64,000 bases of DNA from contig CABVDH010000006.1 of the NCBI GenBank assembly GCA_902497065.1, positions 26,901-90,900 of the forward strand. The letters are read 5' to 3'. The DNA is from an uncultured Collinsella sp. (GTDB taxonomy: Bacteria; Actinomycetota; Coriobacteriia; Coriobacteriales; Coriobacteriaceae). The notes under the pieces are model-generated. The model was given only the letters and a program-made list of their open reading frames with translations. It did no database searches and had not been told where the DNA came from. Each line of letters opens with the position of its first letter. The first letter of the stretch is position 1. Positions 20,720 through 28,468 of this stretch are shown piece after piece. The position numbers and the translations under genes were made by a program.

Positions 20720-21382
20720 CTAGTCCTTAAACAGATAGCCCACGCCGCGGACGGTGGTGATGTGCGCCGCGATCTGCGGGCCCACCTTGGAGCGGATGCG
20801 TCGGATGTGCACGTCGACGGTACGCGTACCGCCGCAGTACTCAAAGCCCCACACGCGGTGCAGCAGTACCTCGCGGCTGTAGGCACGGTTGGGATGCGTG
20901 GCCAAAAAGCTCAGCAGCGAGTACTCCATCAGCGTCAGGTCGATGGGCTCATCATCGAGCGTCACCTGGTAGGTGGCCAAGTTGATCTCGAGGTTATCGA
21001 TGTTGAGCACATCGTCGGCGGTGACGGTCTCCTCCTCGCCCATCAGGCGCTGCGCGCGAGCCTTGAGCTCGTTGGGCGTCGCCGTGGGGCATACAAAGTC
21101 GGCATGCGCATGGTTGGGCAGACGCAGGGTGCCGAGCGCCTCGTCGTCGACGATCACCAGCATGGGGACGCCGCCGCGGTCGTCAAGCCACTTGGCAATC
21201 TGATCGATGCGGTCACTGCGAATGCCATCGGAATCGAGGATCAGCAGGTCAAAGTCGTGCGCTGCAGTCGGCGAATCGGGAGTAGCCAGGCTCACCTCGA
21301 CACCCAGGGTGGTCGTCAAGCTGCGGGCAAACTCGTGGAAGCGCGTCGTGCGCGCCATGAACAGGGCACTCTTTTCGGACAT
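20720..21382 (-). CDS. glnR: GlnR-like orphan OmpR-family regulator (atypical receiver)
   Basis: wHTH VWGFEYCGGTRTVDVHIRRIRSK..TVRGVGY resembles actinobacterial GlnR; receiver lacks the acidic pair and conserved Lys; follows the glnA-like gene. Confidence 0.7.
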   Translation of the reverse strand: MSEKSALFMARTTRFHEFARSLTTTLGVEVSLATPDSPTAAHDFDLLILDSDGIRSDRIDQIAKWLDDRGGVPMLVIVDDEALGTLRLPNHAHADFVCPTATPNELKARAQRLMGEEETVTADDVLNIDNLEINLATYQVTLDDEPIDLTLMEYSLLSFLATHPNRAYSREVLLHRVWGFEYCGGTRTVDVHIRRIRSKVGPQIAAHITTVRGVGYLFKD

Positions 21383-21432
21383 ATCGGCCTCCAAAGAAAT
21401 GAGCTCAATCGTACTGGAACAAGCCAGCGCGA

Positions 21433-22770
21433 TTAGGAGTTCGCCAGGTAGTGCTTGATCTCCCACTCGGTGATCGTAGACTCAAACTTATGCCACTCGT
21501 CACGCTTCTTTTTGAGGAAGAAGCTGTGGATGTGCTCGCCGAGGGCATCCTTCATAAACTGCGAGTCCTCAAATACGTCGAGCGCCTCTTTGAGCGAGCG
21601 CGGCAGCGGCGTATAACCGGCCTCGAGCATCTGACGGTCGGTAAGCTTGAGCGTCTCGGCCGTGGCCTCGGGCGGGAGTTCCAGCTTGCGCTCGATGCCG
21701 TCGAGACCGGCCGCCAGCGTGACGGCGTTGACCAGGTACGGGTTGGCCATGGGGTCGGGGCTACGAAGCTCGATGCGCGTGGACAGCTGCTTGCCGGGCT
21801 TGTAGACCGGAATGCGGACCATACTCGCGCGGTTGCGCAGGCCCCACGTGGCGTACTGCGGCACGGAGTCGCCGCCCGTGGTGATGCGCTTGTACGAGTT
21901 GACCGTGGGGTTAGTGATGGCGCTGATCTCGCGCGCGTGCGCCAGAATGCCGGCCATGTAGTGTTTGGCGATGTCGGAAAGATGGTACTTCTCGTCGTCC
22001 TCGCCCCAAAAGACGTTGTTGCCGTCGTGGTCGAATAGCGACTGGCACAGGAACATAGCACTGCCGTCCTCGCCTGCCAACGGTTTGGGCATAAAGGAGG
22101 CGTGGCAACCGCTCTCGTAGGCCTGCTGTTTAATGATGAGTTTGGCCGTGGTGATGGCGTCGGACATGCTCAGGGCCTCGGCGTGGCGCAGGCTCATGCC
22201 GTGCTGCGAGCGGCCGGCGGCGTGGAAGGTGTACTCCACGGGCACGGACATCTTCTCGAGCGTGAGGACCGTGTTGCGGCGCAGGTCGCGGGCGGCATCG
22301 CTCACCGAAAGATCGAAGTAGCCCACGTTGTCGAGCGGCTCGGGCGTGTGCTCGTCGGGGAAGTAGTAATACTCCAGCTCGGCACCCACGTTGAGCAGGT
22401 AGCCAGCCTTCTCGGCCTTGCGGAACATGCGGCGCAGGGCATCGCGCGGGTCGCCGGCAAACGGCTTGCGATCGGGAGTGCACACGTCGCAGAACACGCG
22501 AGCGACGCCGTTGTGGCTCGGGCGCCACGGCAGAATCTGGAAGGTCGAAGCATCGGGGAATGCGAGCATGTCGGCTTCCTCGGGCGTGGCAAAGCCCTCG
22601 ATGGCGGAGCCGTCAAAGCCAATACCCTCCTCAAAAGCGACCTCGAGGTCCTCGGGGCTAATGGCAAAGTTCTTGAGGCGGCCGAGAATGTCGACAAACC
22701 ACAGACGCACAAAGCGGATGTCACGCTGCTCTACGGAGCGGAGTACGTAATCGATGTTCTGCTGGTTCAT
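21433..22770 (-). CDS. Type I glutamine synthetase-family protein with degenerate active site
   Basis: FDGSAIEGF, ELEYY, SFMPKP, NSYKR, RIELRSPDP present; HHE, QHE, GMH and GYEAP motifs altered. Confidence 0.85.
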   Translation of the reverse strand: MNQQNIDYVLRSVEQRDIRFVRLWFVDILGRLKNFAISPEDLEVAFEEGIGFDGSAIEGFATPEEADMLAFPDASTFQILPWRPSHNGVARVFCDVCTPDRKPFAGDPRDALRRMFRKAEKAGYLLNVGAELEYYYFPDEHTPEPLDNVGYFDLSVSDAARDLRRNTVLTLEKMSVPVEYTFHAAGRSQHGMSLRHAEALSMSDAITTAKLIIKQQAYESGCHASFMPKPLAGEDGSAMFLCQSLFDHDGNNVFWGEDDEKYHLSDIAKHYMAGILAHAREISAITNPTVNSYKRITTGGDSVPQYATWGLRNRASMVRIPVYKPGKQLSTRIELRSPDPMANPYLVNAVTLAAGLDGIERKLELPPEATAETLKLTDRQMLEAGYTPLPRSLKEALDVFEDSQFMKDALGEHIHSFFLKKKRDEWHKFESTITEWEIKHYLANS

Positions 22771-22835
22771 GTCGCTCCCCTTTCTTTCGGGCGGGTTTCG
22801 ACTGGTCTATATCGCAGATACTATCGCAGAAAAAT

Positions 22836-22851
22836 GTTTCCGCAGGGTTAA
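22836..22851 (-). promoter_or_regulatory. GlnR box
   Basis: TTAAC-CCTGCG-GAAAC on the minus strand matches gTnAc-n6-GaAAc, 66 bp upstream of the glnA-like start. Confidence 0.6.
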
Positions 22852-22904
22852 AGCGTATCAAGCGCTCAAAAAACGTGTGCGAACAGGCAGTTGCGAACGA
22901 ATGG

Positions 22905-23927
22905 TTAGCGCGAGGTTGATGCGCGATGTTCGATGTGGCCGGGAATCTCGATGCGTTTGGGCGCCAGCTTTGCGGCCTCGCCCACCGTAGTGGTAACAAC
23001 GTCAATGCGCTCGGAGAGGCGCTCGACCACGCGCTCGGCGATGGTAAGGGTGTCTTGCGCGGCCGTGGTCACGCCGCCAAAGAGCACATGGTTCCAGGGG
23101 TAGTCGTCAAACGTCGCGATCTTGAGCCCCGCCGGCAGCGAGGGTCCCAGCTGCGCTAGCGCCTCGGTCAGACGCAGGAAAACCAAGCCGTTGACAGCAA
23201 TGAGGCCGAGCTTTTTACCTGCATAGCCGCGGATGGTCTCGTCCAAACGGCCAACGCCCGTGGCACCGCCGTCGGCCAGGGTGACGACCTCGCCCGCAAG
23301 GCCGCGTCGAGAAAGCTCATCGGCAAAGGCCTCGGCGCGCTCGCGACGCACGGGACTATCGTCGCTTGCCTCGGTGAGCAGGCACAGGCGCTCGCTGCCC
23401 GCAGCGGCCAAGGAGTCCACCAACCCGGCGACCAGCTCACGGTTGTTAGATGTCACCAGATCGACACCGCCGTCGGCAACGTCGCGGTCGAGCAGCACAA
23501 CGGGCAGGCGCCCCGCGGCCGCGGCGATCGCCTTGTCGTTGCCTCCGCAGGTGTTGACGACCAGGCCGTCCACGCCGGCATCGATAAGTCTGGTGAGCGA
23601 CTCCGCTTCCTTAGCGGGGTCGTTGCCGCTAATGGCCGTCATGAGCGAGCAGCCGCGCGCCGCGGCGCTGGCGGAAAGGCCCTCGAGCATGGCGCTCGAG
23701 AACGGGTTGGCGATGTCAGCCAGAATCACACCGATGAGGTTCGTACGCGAGCTGCGCAGATTGCGCGCGGCGGCACGTGGGCGATAGCCGGTGCGCTCGA
23801 TAACTGCCGCGATGCGAGCACGGGTCTCCTCGGTCATTTGCCCGGGACGGTTGTTGAGATAGCGCGAGACCGTGGCCGGGCTCACACCCGCCTCGGCGGC
23901 AATGTCCTTGATTCTCATCTGCGCCAT
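22905..23927 (-). CDS. LacI family regulator (KdgR-like), divergent from kdgK
   Basis: IKDIAAEAGVSPATVSRYLN, YRPRAAARNL, NPFS. Confidence 0.92.
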   Translation of the reverse strand: MAQMRIKDIAAEAGVSPATVSRYLNNRPGQMTEETRARIAAVIERTGYRPRAAARNLRSSRTNLIGVILADIANPFSSAMLEGLSASAAARGCSLMTAISGNDPAKEAESLTRLIDAGVDGLVVNTCGGNDKAIAAAAGRLPVVLLDRDVADGGVDLVTSNNRELVAGLVDSLAAAGSERLCLLTEASDDSPVRRERAEAFADELSRRGLAGEVVTLADGGATGVGRLDETIRGYAGKKLGLIAVNGLVFLRLTEALAQLGPSLPAGLKIATFDDYPWNHVLFGGVTTAAQDTLTIAERVVERLSERIDVVTTTVGEAAKLAPKRIEIPGHIEHRASTSR

Positions 23928-23992
23928 GGCGCACCCCGTTTCCCAATTGTCAGCAGTCTGAGCCATTTTAGGCATTTTTTTAAAAATCTCGC

Positions 23993-24057
23993 TTGCAAAA
24001 CGCTGTAGGTGAGTATACTACAACTCGAAACGAAACCGATTTCGTAAACCGATTTCG
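23993..24057 (+). promoter_or_regulatory. kdgK promoter with LacI-type operator
   Basis: TTGCAA ... TATACTA, then ACGAAACCGATTTCGT (24030-24045) and an overlapping second copy. Confidence 0.7.
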
Positions 24058-24061
24058 GCAA

Positions 24062-24119
24062 GCGTTGGCGCGGAGGTGCAAAGATGTACCCTACCGTCTT
24101 GGCACCTCCGCGCCAACGC
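24062..24119 (+). ncRNA. Conserved 58-nt leader hairpin (motif A), copy 1
   Basis: About 25-bp stem with YACCCUAC loop; covaries with 27428-27485. Confidence 0.6.
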
Positions 24120-24162
24120 CATATCAAAGGTGTACGCACGAGCAAGAAGGAGCTGCGCGACC

Positions 24163-25197
24163 ATGGGTAAAACGGTTCTTACCTTCGGCGAAATCATGAT
24201 GAGGCTCTCGCCCAAAGATCATCTGCGCATTGAGCAGGCAACCGAGTTTGACGTCCGCTACGGTGGCGCCGAGGCCAACACCGCTCTTTCCCTGGCCTAC
24301 CAAGGCGACAAGGCCGCTTACGTATCCGTTGTCCCGGCCAACCGCCTAGGCGAGTGCGCGCTGCGCTCGCTGAAGGCCTACGGCGTCGACACAACGCGCG
24401 TCGTGCGGCAGGGCGACCGTCTTGGCTCCTATGTGTTTGAGGTCGGCGCCTCGCAGCGCGGCAACGGCTGCGTCTACGACCGCAAGTTCTCTGCCATCAA
24501 CATGGCCAAGCGCGACGTCTTTGACTGGGACGAGATCCTCAAGGGCATCGATGTCTTCTATTTCTCCGGCGTGACCCCCGCCGTCTCCGATGAGATGGCC
24601 GCCGCCTGCAAGGAGGCACTCGCCGCCTGCCGCGCCAAGGGCATCACCACCGTGTGCGACGTGAACTATCGCGGCAAGATGTGGTCGCCCGAGAAGTCGC
24701 AGGCCACCATGAAGGAACTCCTGCCGCTCGTCGACATCTGCATCGCCAACGACGAGGATGCGCCCGCCGGCCTCGGCATGACCTGCGTCTCTGGTTCCCT
24801 TGCCCATGGCATCGAGGAGCGCGACACCTACGTCGAGATGGCCCGTCAGATCTGCGCCGAGTACGGCTGCAAAAAGGTCGCCTCGGTCGTCCGCAACATC
24901 TCTTGCGTCGAGCGCTCCATCTGGATGGGCATGCTCTTTGACGCCGAGAGCGGCGAGCACTGGTTCTCCCCTGCTCACGACGTGCACGTGCTCGAGGGCG
25001 TTGCCGCCGGCGACGCTTTCAACGCTGGCCTCGTCCATGCCCTCATCAACGACTTTGACCCGCAGGACGCCGTCAACTACGCGATTGCAGCCTCGATCCT
25101 CAAGCTCACCATCAAGGGCGATTCCAACTTGGTGACCGCAGACGAGATCGCAGCCGTGGCATCCGCCGCCGACGGTGGCACCCGCGTCGCGCGCTAG
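24163..25197 (+). CDS. kdgK: 2-keto-3-deoxygluconate kinase (PfkB family)
   Basis: TFGEIMMRLSP, GGAEAN, YDRKFSA, DVNYRGKMW, AGDAF; adjacent to eda. Confidence 0.88.
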   Translation: MGKTVLTFGEIMMRLSPKDHLRIEQATEFDVRYGGAEANTALSLAYQGDKAAYVSVVPANRLGECALRSLKAYGVDTTRVVRQGDRLGSYVFEVGASQRGNGCVYDRKFSAINMAKRDVFDWDEILKGIDVFYFSGVTPAVSDEMAAACKEALAACRAKGITTVCDVNYRGKMWSPEKSQATMKELLPLVDICIANDEDAPAGLGMTCVSGSLAHGIEERDTYVEMARQICAEYGCKKVASVVRNISCVERSIWMGMLFDAESGEHWFSPAHDVHVLEGVAAGDAFNAGLVHALINDFDPQDAVNYAIAASILKLTIKGDSNLVTADEIAAVASAADGGTRVAR

Positions 25198-25281
25198 TCC
25201 GTCTCCATTCCGCGGGCCGCAGCTTTCCAATCCCATACCTCTGCGGCCCGCTCCCCGATTCCTCCGGCCGGGCAAAACCAC

Positions 25282-25401
25282 CAGTCCCATTCCGGTTTTG
25301 CCTGGCATTCCCTACATGACTGGTCGAGCAGCCGGTTTTGGAATTGCTTGTGACCCCAAGCAGTGCCTCCGATAACCAATCCAAAATCGGCTCCTGACCA
25401 G
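25282..25401 (+). ncRNA. Conserved structured intergenic motif B, copy 1
   Basis: CAGTCCCATTCCGG, then a long stem enclosing a small hairpin and AGCAGTGCCTCCGATAACC; homologous to 27522-27637. Confidence 0.55.
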
Positions 25402-25451
25402 CACATTTGGCAATCACGCGCCCATGCGCGCCACACATCGAAAGGAACATC

Positions 25452-26093
25452 ATGTTCGATCAGTTCTACACCACGCTTAAGTCCCTGGGCATCGTGCCGG
25501 TCGTCGTGCTCGACAAGGTCGAGGACGCCGCTCCGCTCGCCCACGCCCTTATGGCAGCTGGCATGAAGTCCGCCGAGGTCACCTTCCGCACCGCCTGCGC
25601 CGCCGAGTGCATCGCCGCTATGGCCGAGGCCGAGCCCGAGATGTGCGTTGGCGCCGGCACTGTCCTGACCGTCGAGCAGGTTGAGCAGGCCCGCGCAGCC
25701 GGTGCCAAGTTCATCGTCTCCCCGGGTTACAACGAGGACGTTGTGAAGCACTGCATCGACATCGACCTGCCTGTCCTTCCCGGCACCGTAACCCCCTCCG
25801 AGGTCACCGCAGCCGAGAACCTGGGCCTCAAGGTCACCAAGTTCTTCCCCGCGTCCCAGTATGGCGGCCTGAACACCATCAAGGCCCTCGCCGCTCCGTT
25901 TGTCGGTCACCGCTTTATGCCCACCGGCGGCGTGAGCACTGCCAACGTCGAGGAGTACCTGAGCTCCTCCGCCATCATCGCCTGCGGTGGCACCTGGATG
26001 GTCAAGCCGGCCCTGTTTGCCGACGGCGACTTCTCCAAGGTCGAGCAGATTGCCCGCGAGGCCATGGACGTCGTCAAGAAGGTCCGCGGCTAG
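25452..26093 (+). CDS. eda: KDPG/KHG aldolase
   Basis: EVTFRT, VGAGTV, FIVSPG, KFFPA, FMPTGGV; AAAGGA RBS. Confidence 0.95.
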   Translation: MFDQFYTTLKSLGIVPVVVLDKVEDAAPLAHALMAAGMKSAEVTFRTACAAECIAAMAEAEPEMCVGAGTVLTVEQVEQARAAGAKFIVSPGYNEDVVKHCIDIDLPVLPGTVTPSEVTAAENLGLKVTKFFPASQYGGLNTIKALAAPFVGHRFMPTGGVSTANVEEYLSSSAIIACGGTWMVKPALFADGDFSKVEQIAREAMDVVKKVRG

Positions 26094-26110
26094 GTTTAGC
26101 TCTCTATCGT

Positions 26111-26148
26111 GAAAGGGGGCGTGCCCTAGACCTCGCCCCCTTTCTTTT
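26111..26148 (+). terminator. Rho-independent terminator after eda
   Basis: GAAAGGGGGCG...CGCCCCCTTTC then TTTT. Confidence 0.75.
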
Positions 26149-26403
26149 AAAGCGGCTCGGAAGCGCGCCGTTTCCGTCACGAACAAGAACCGAAACCGTC
26201 TTGTATGCTGATAGAACGTGACGGAAGCGACACGCCCCGAGCCGCTTTTCCTGCTCGGTTGGCGACCACGCCCAGCTGAGCCACTTCGACAAAAGCCAAG
26301 CCACCAAAATAGCTGCGGCGCCGTCTGGAGGAATGGACCCTTGCTTCCGGTCTTTTCCTCCAAGCGGCGCCGCAGCTTTTTCGTGCCCCGATAGTACCCC
26401 GGC

Positions 26404-26470
26404 AGTTGCGGTGAGATACGGACTGTTTACACCATCAGAGCCGCAAAACAATCCCTATTTCACCGCAACT
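26404..26470. repeat. 67-bp palindromic element AGTTGCGGTG...CACCGCAACT
   Basis: Copies of identical length at 27251, 40258 and 43174. Confidence 0.85.
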
Positions 26471-26485
26471 AATGAAGGGGGCGAG

Positions 26486-27178
26486 TTAGATGGCCGTATC
26501 TTTGGACAGCTCAAAATAGTCGGGATGCAAGGCGATAACCGGGCCCTGCTCCTCGGGCATCAGATGCAAGTGCGTCTCGGCCAGATAGCTCGCCGTATCG
26601 GTGTCGCCTTCCTTAATGGCCTCCAAAATCCGACGGTGCTGACGACGAATCGGCTCCCAATCAAGGTCCTGAGATACCGCGCGCAGCCAGTTATACCGCT
26701 CAAAATGCGTATTGACGCTCCTCATCCAATCCCACAACATATGGCGGCCGGCAATCTCAAAGCACGTCTCATGGAACAGGTTATCCAGGTCAAAGAAACG
26801 ACGCGTCTCGCTATGGTCGAGCGACTCGGACTCGGCAAGAATCTGCTCGAGCCGCTGCTTTTGCTCGGGCGAGGCGGCCGAACAGCATTTAATAAGCACG
26901 CTTCTCTCGAGCTTCTCGCGCAAGAAACAGGCGTTCTCGGCGCGCTCCATGCTGATTTTTGATACATAGGTGCCGCTTTTGGGACGCGTTTCCACCAGCT
27001 CCTGCTCACGCAGGCGCACAAAGGACTCGCGAATGGGCGTGCGCCCGATTCCCGTCTCCTTTTCCAGACCAATCGCCGAAAGGCGCGTGCCGGGCTTGAG
27101 CTCGGCATAGATGATCTTGGAGCGCAATGCGTTGTATGCCTGATCTTGCAGGCTCTGATAATGCTGGTGCTGTTCCAT
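26486..27178 (-). CDS. GntR (FCD) family regulator
   Basis: LKPGTRLS..GIGRTPIRES..PKSGTYV; DNLFHE; QHRRIL. Confidence 0.9.
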   Translation of the reverse strand: MEQHQHYQSLQDQAYNALRSKIIYAELKPGTRLSAIGLEKETGIGRTPIRESFVRLREQELVETRPKSGTYVSKISMERAENACFLREKLERSVLIKCCSAASPEQKQRLEQILAESESLDHSETRRFFDLDNLFHETCFEIAGRHMLWDWMRSVNTHFERYNWLRAVSQDLDWEPIRRQHRRILEAIKEGDTDTASYLAETHLHLMPEEQGPVIALHPDYFELSKDTAI

Positions 27179-27250
27179 AAAGCCCTCGGATAAGTCCTCG
27201 GTTAGTCGAATACCACCATGCAATACTATCGCATCCCCCGCCCCCTCATA

Positions 27251-27317
27251 AGTTGCGGTGGAATAGTTCCTGTTCAAGGCCTTCAGCAGCAAAAACAGGA
27301 ACTATTCCACCGCAACT
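27251..27317. repeat. 67-bp palindromic element
   Basis: AGTTGCGGTGGAATAGTTCCTGTT...AACAGGAACTATTCCACCGCAACT. Confidence 0.85.
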
Positions 27318-27342
27318 ACAGCCAACGAGTTGTTACGATTAG

Positions 27343-27424
27343 GTGAACGTTCACTTTTTATTGTTTTTCTCTTTGCAAATAGAATCCCGTGTGTATACTA
27401 TGGCTCAAACGAAACCGATTTCGT
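27343..27424 (+). promoter_or_regulatory. Promoter carrying both LacI-type operators
   Basis: GTGAACGTTCAC (27343-27354), TTGCAA (27373), TATACTAT (27394), ACGAAACCGATTTCGT (27409-27424). Confidence 0.7.
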
Positions 27425-27427
27425 CGA

Positions 27428-27637
27428 GCGTGAGCAATAGGATGCTAAGACGCACCCTACCATCTTGGCATCCTATTGCCCACGCAATGTCATTTGCTTT
27501 CCTCCCGTCTCGCTGGCCCTTCAGTCCCATTCCGGCACAGCGAGACACTTCCTAGACAACTGACCGTGGGGCCGGCTTTTCTGCTTTAACAGCAGTGCCT
27601 CCGATAACCCTCTTTTGCCGGTCCGGGTCAGTTTTTT
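27428..27637 (+). ncRNA. Putative structured RNA/long leader containing motif A (27428-27485) and motif B (27522-27637)
   Basis: Two covarying stems shared with the kdgK-eda region; ends in a stem plus T6. Confidence 0.55.
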
Positions 27638-27664
27638 CACACAACCGAAAAGACGGGTAGCAAC

Positions 27665-28345
27665 ATGCGACCGCCCATCATCATGAATGGCGAGAAGATC
27701 GATTGGTTCCATACCGTCATCAGGATGCTGATGTATCTGGCGGGCGTTGCAGTACTGGCACTCGGCATGAGTCTCCAGACGGCATCCGGCCTGGGCGTCG
27801 CCACGCTCACGTGCTTTGCCACAACCCTATCCATGCTCACGGGCAAGACGCTCGGCTTTTGGATCACTGCCACCTATGTCGCCTACATCGTGGCACAATT
27901 CACTATCTTGCGACGCGAGTTCCAGCCGCGCATCCTGCTCGAGCTGTGCTTCTCAACGCTCATCGGCGGCTTCACCGACTTCTTCATGGCGGTCAACCCG
28001 CTGCATCCCGCAGCACTCCCCATACAGGTTGAGACCATGCTGCTCTCCCTCGCTGTCACTGCATTTGGCGTAAGTCTCGTCGTCAACATGGGCGTTGTCC
28101 CCAACGCGCCCGACGGCCTGGTGCAGGTCATTGCCGAAAAGATTAAACGCCGCTTTGGCGACGTAAAAGTCGTGTTCGACTGCTCGCATGTCGCCGTGTC
28201 TCTCGTTCTGTCGCTCGCGCTCATGCACAACCTGGGCGGCTTTGGCGTGACCACCGCCATCTCGGCGCTGTTCTTGGGCCATGTCATCAACATCGCTAAT
28301 AAGCTGTTCGCCCAGCGCTTTGTGCGCGCGGCATTCGGGAAATAG
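27665..28345 (+). CDS. YczE/YyaS/YitT-like membrane protein
   Basis: Duplicated hydrophobic repeat, SGLG, TLGFW, PNAPDGLV, FGDVKVVFD. Confidence 0.75.
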   Translation: MRPPIIMNGEKIDWFHTVIRMLMYLAGVAVLALGMSLQTASGLGVATLTCFATTLSMLTGKTLGFWITATYVAYIVAQFTILRREFQPRILLELCFSTLIGGFTDFFMAVNPLHPAALPIQVETMLLSLAVTAFGVSLVVNMGVVPNAPDGLVQVIAEKIKRRFGDVKVVFDCSHVAVSLVLSLALMHNLGGFGVTTAISALFLGHVINIANKLFAQRFVRAAFGK

Positions 28346-28370
28346 CACCACCGTAAGAACCCACAAACAG

Positions 28371-28450
28371 CGCTATACGTTGCTATATCTCACTATACTT
28401 TACTATACTTTGCTATATCTTGCTATACTTTGCTATATCTTGCTATATCT
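28371..28450 (+). repeat. Tandem array of 8 x 10-bp units (consensus TGCTATAYYT)
   Basis: CGCTATACGT TGCTATATCT CACTATACTT TACTATACTT TGCTATATCT TGCTATACTT TGCTATATCT TGCTATATCT. Confidence 0.9.
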
Positions 28451-28468
28451 TGAGCAAAGGTGGCTCAC

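Noticed and set aside
21433..22770. Ordinary glnA or pseudogene
   Set aside because: Several catalytic residues are replaced, but the ORF is full length with RBS and no frameshift
28371..28450. CRISPR array
   Set aside because: Contiguous 10-bp units with no spacers and no cas genes
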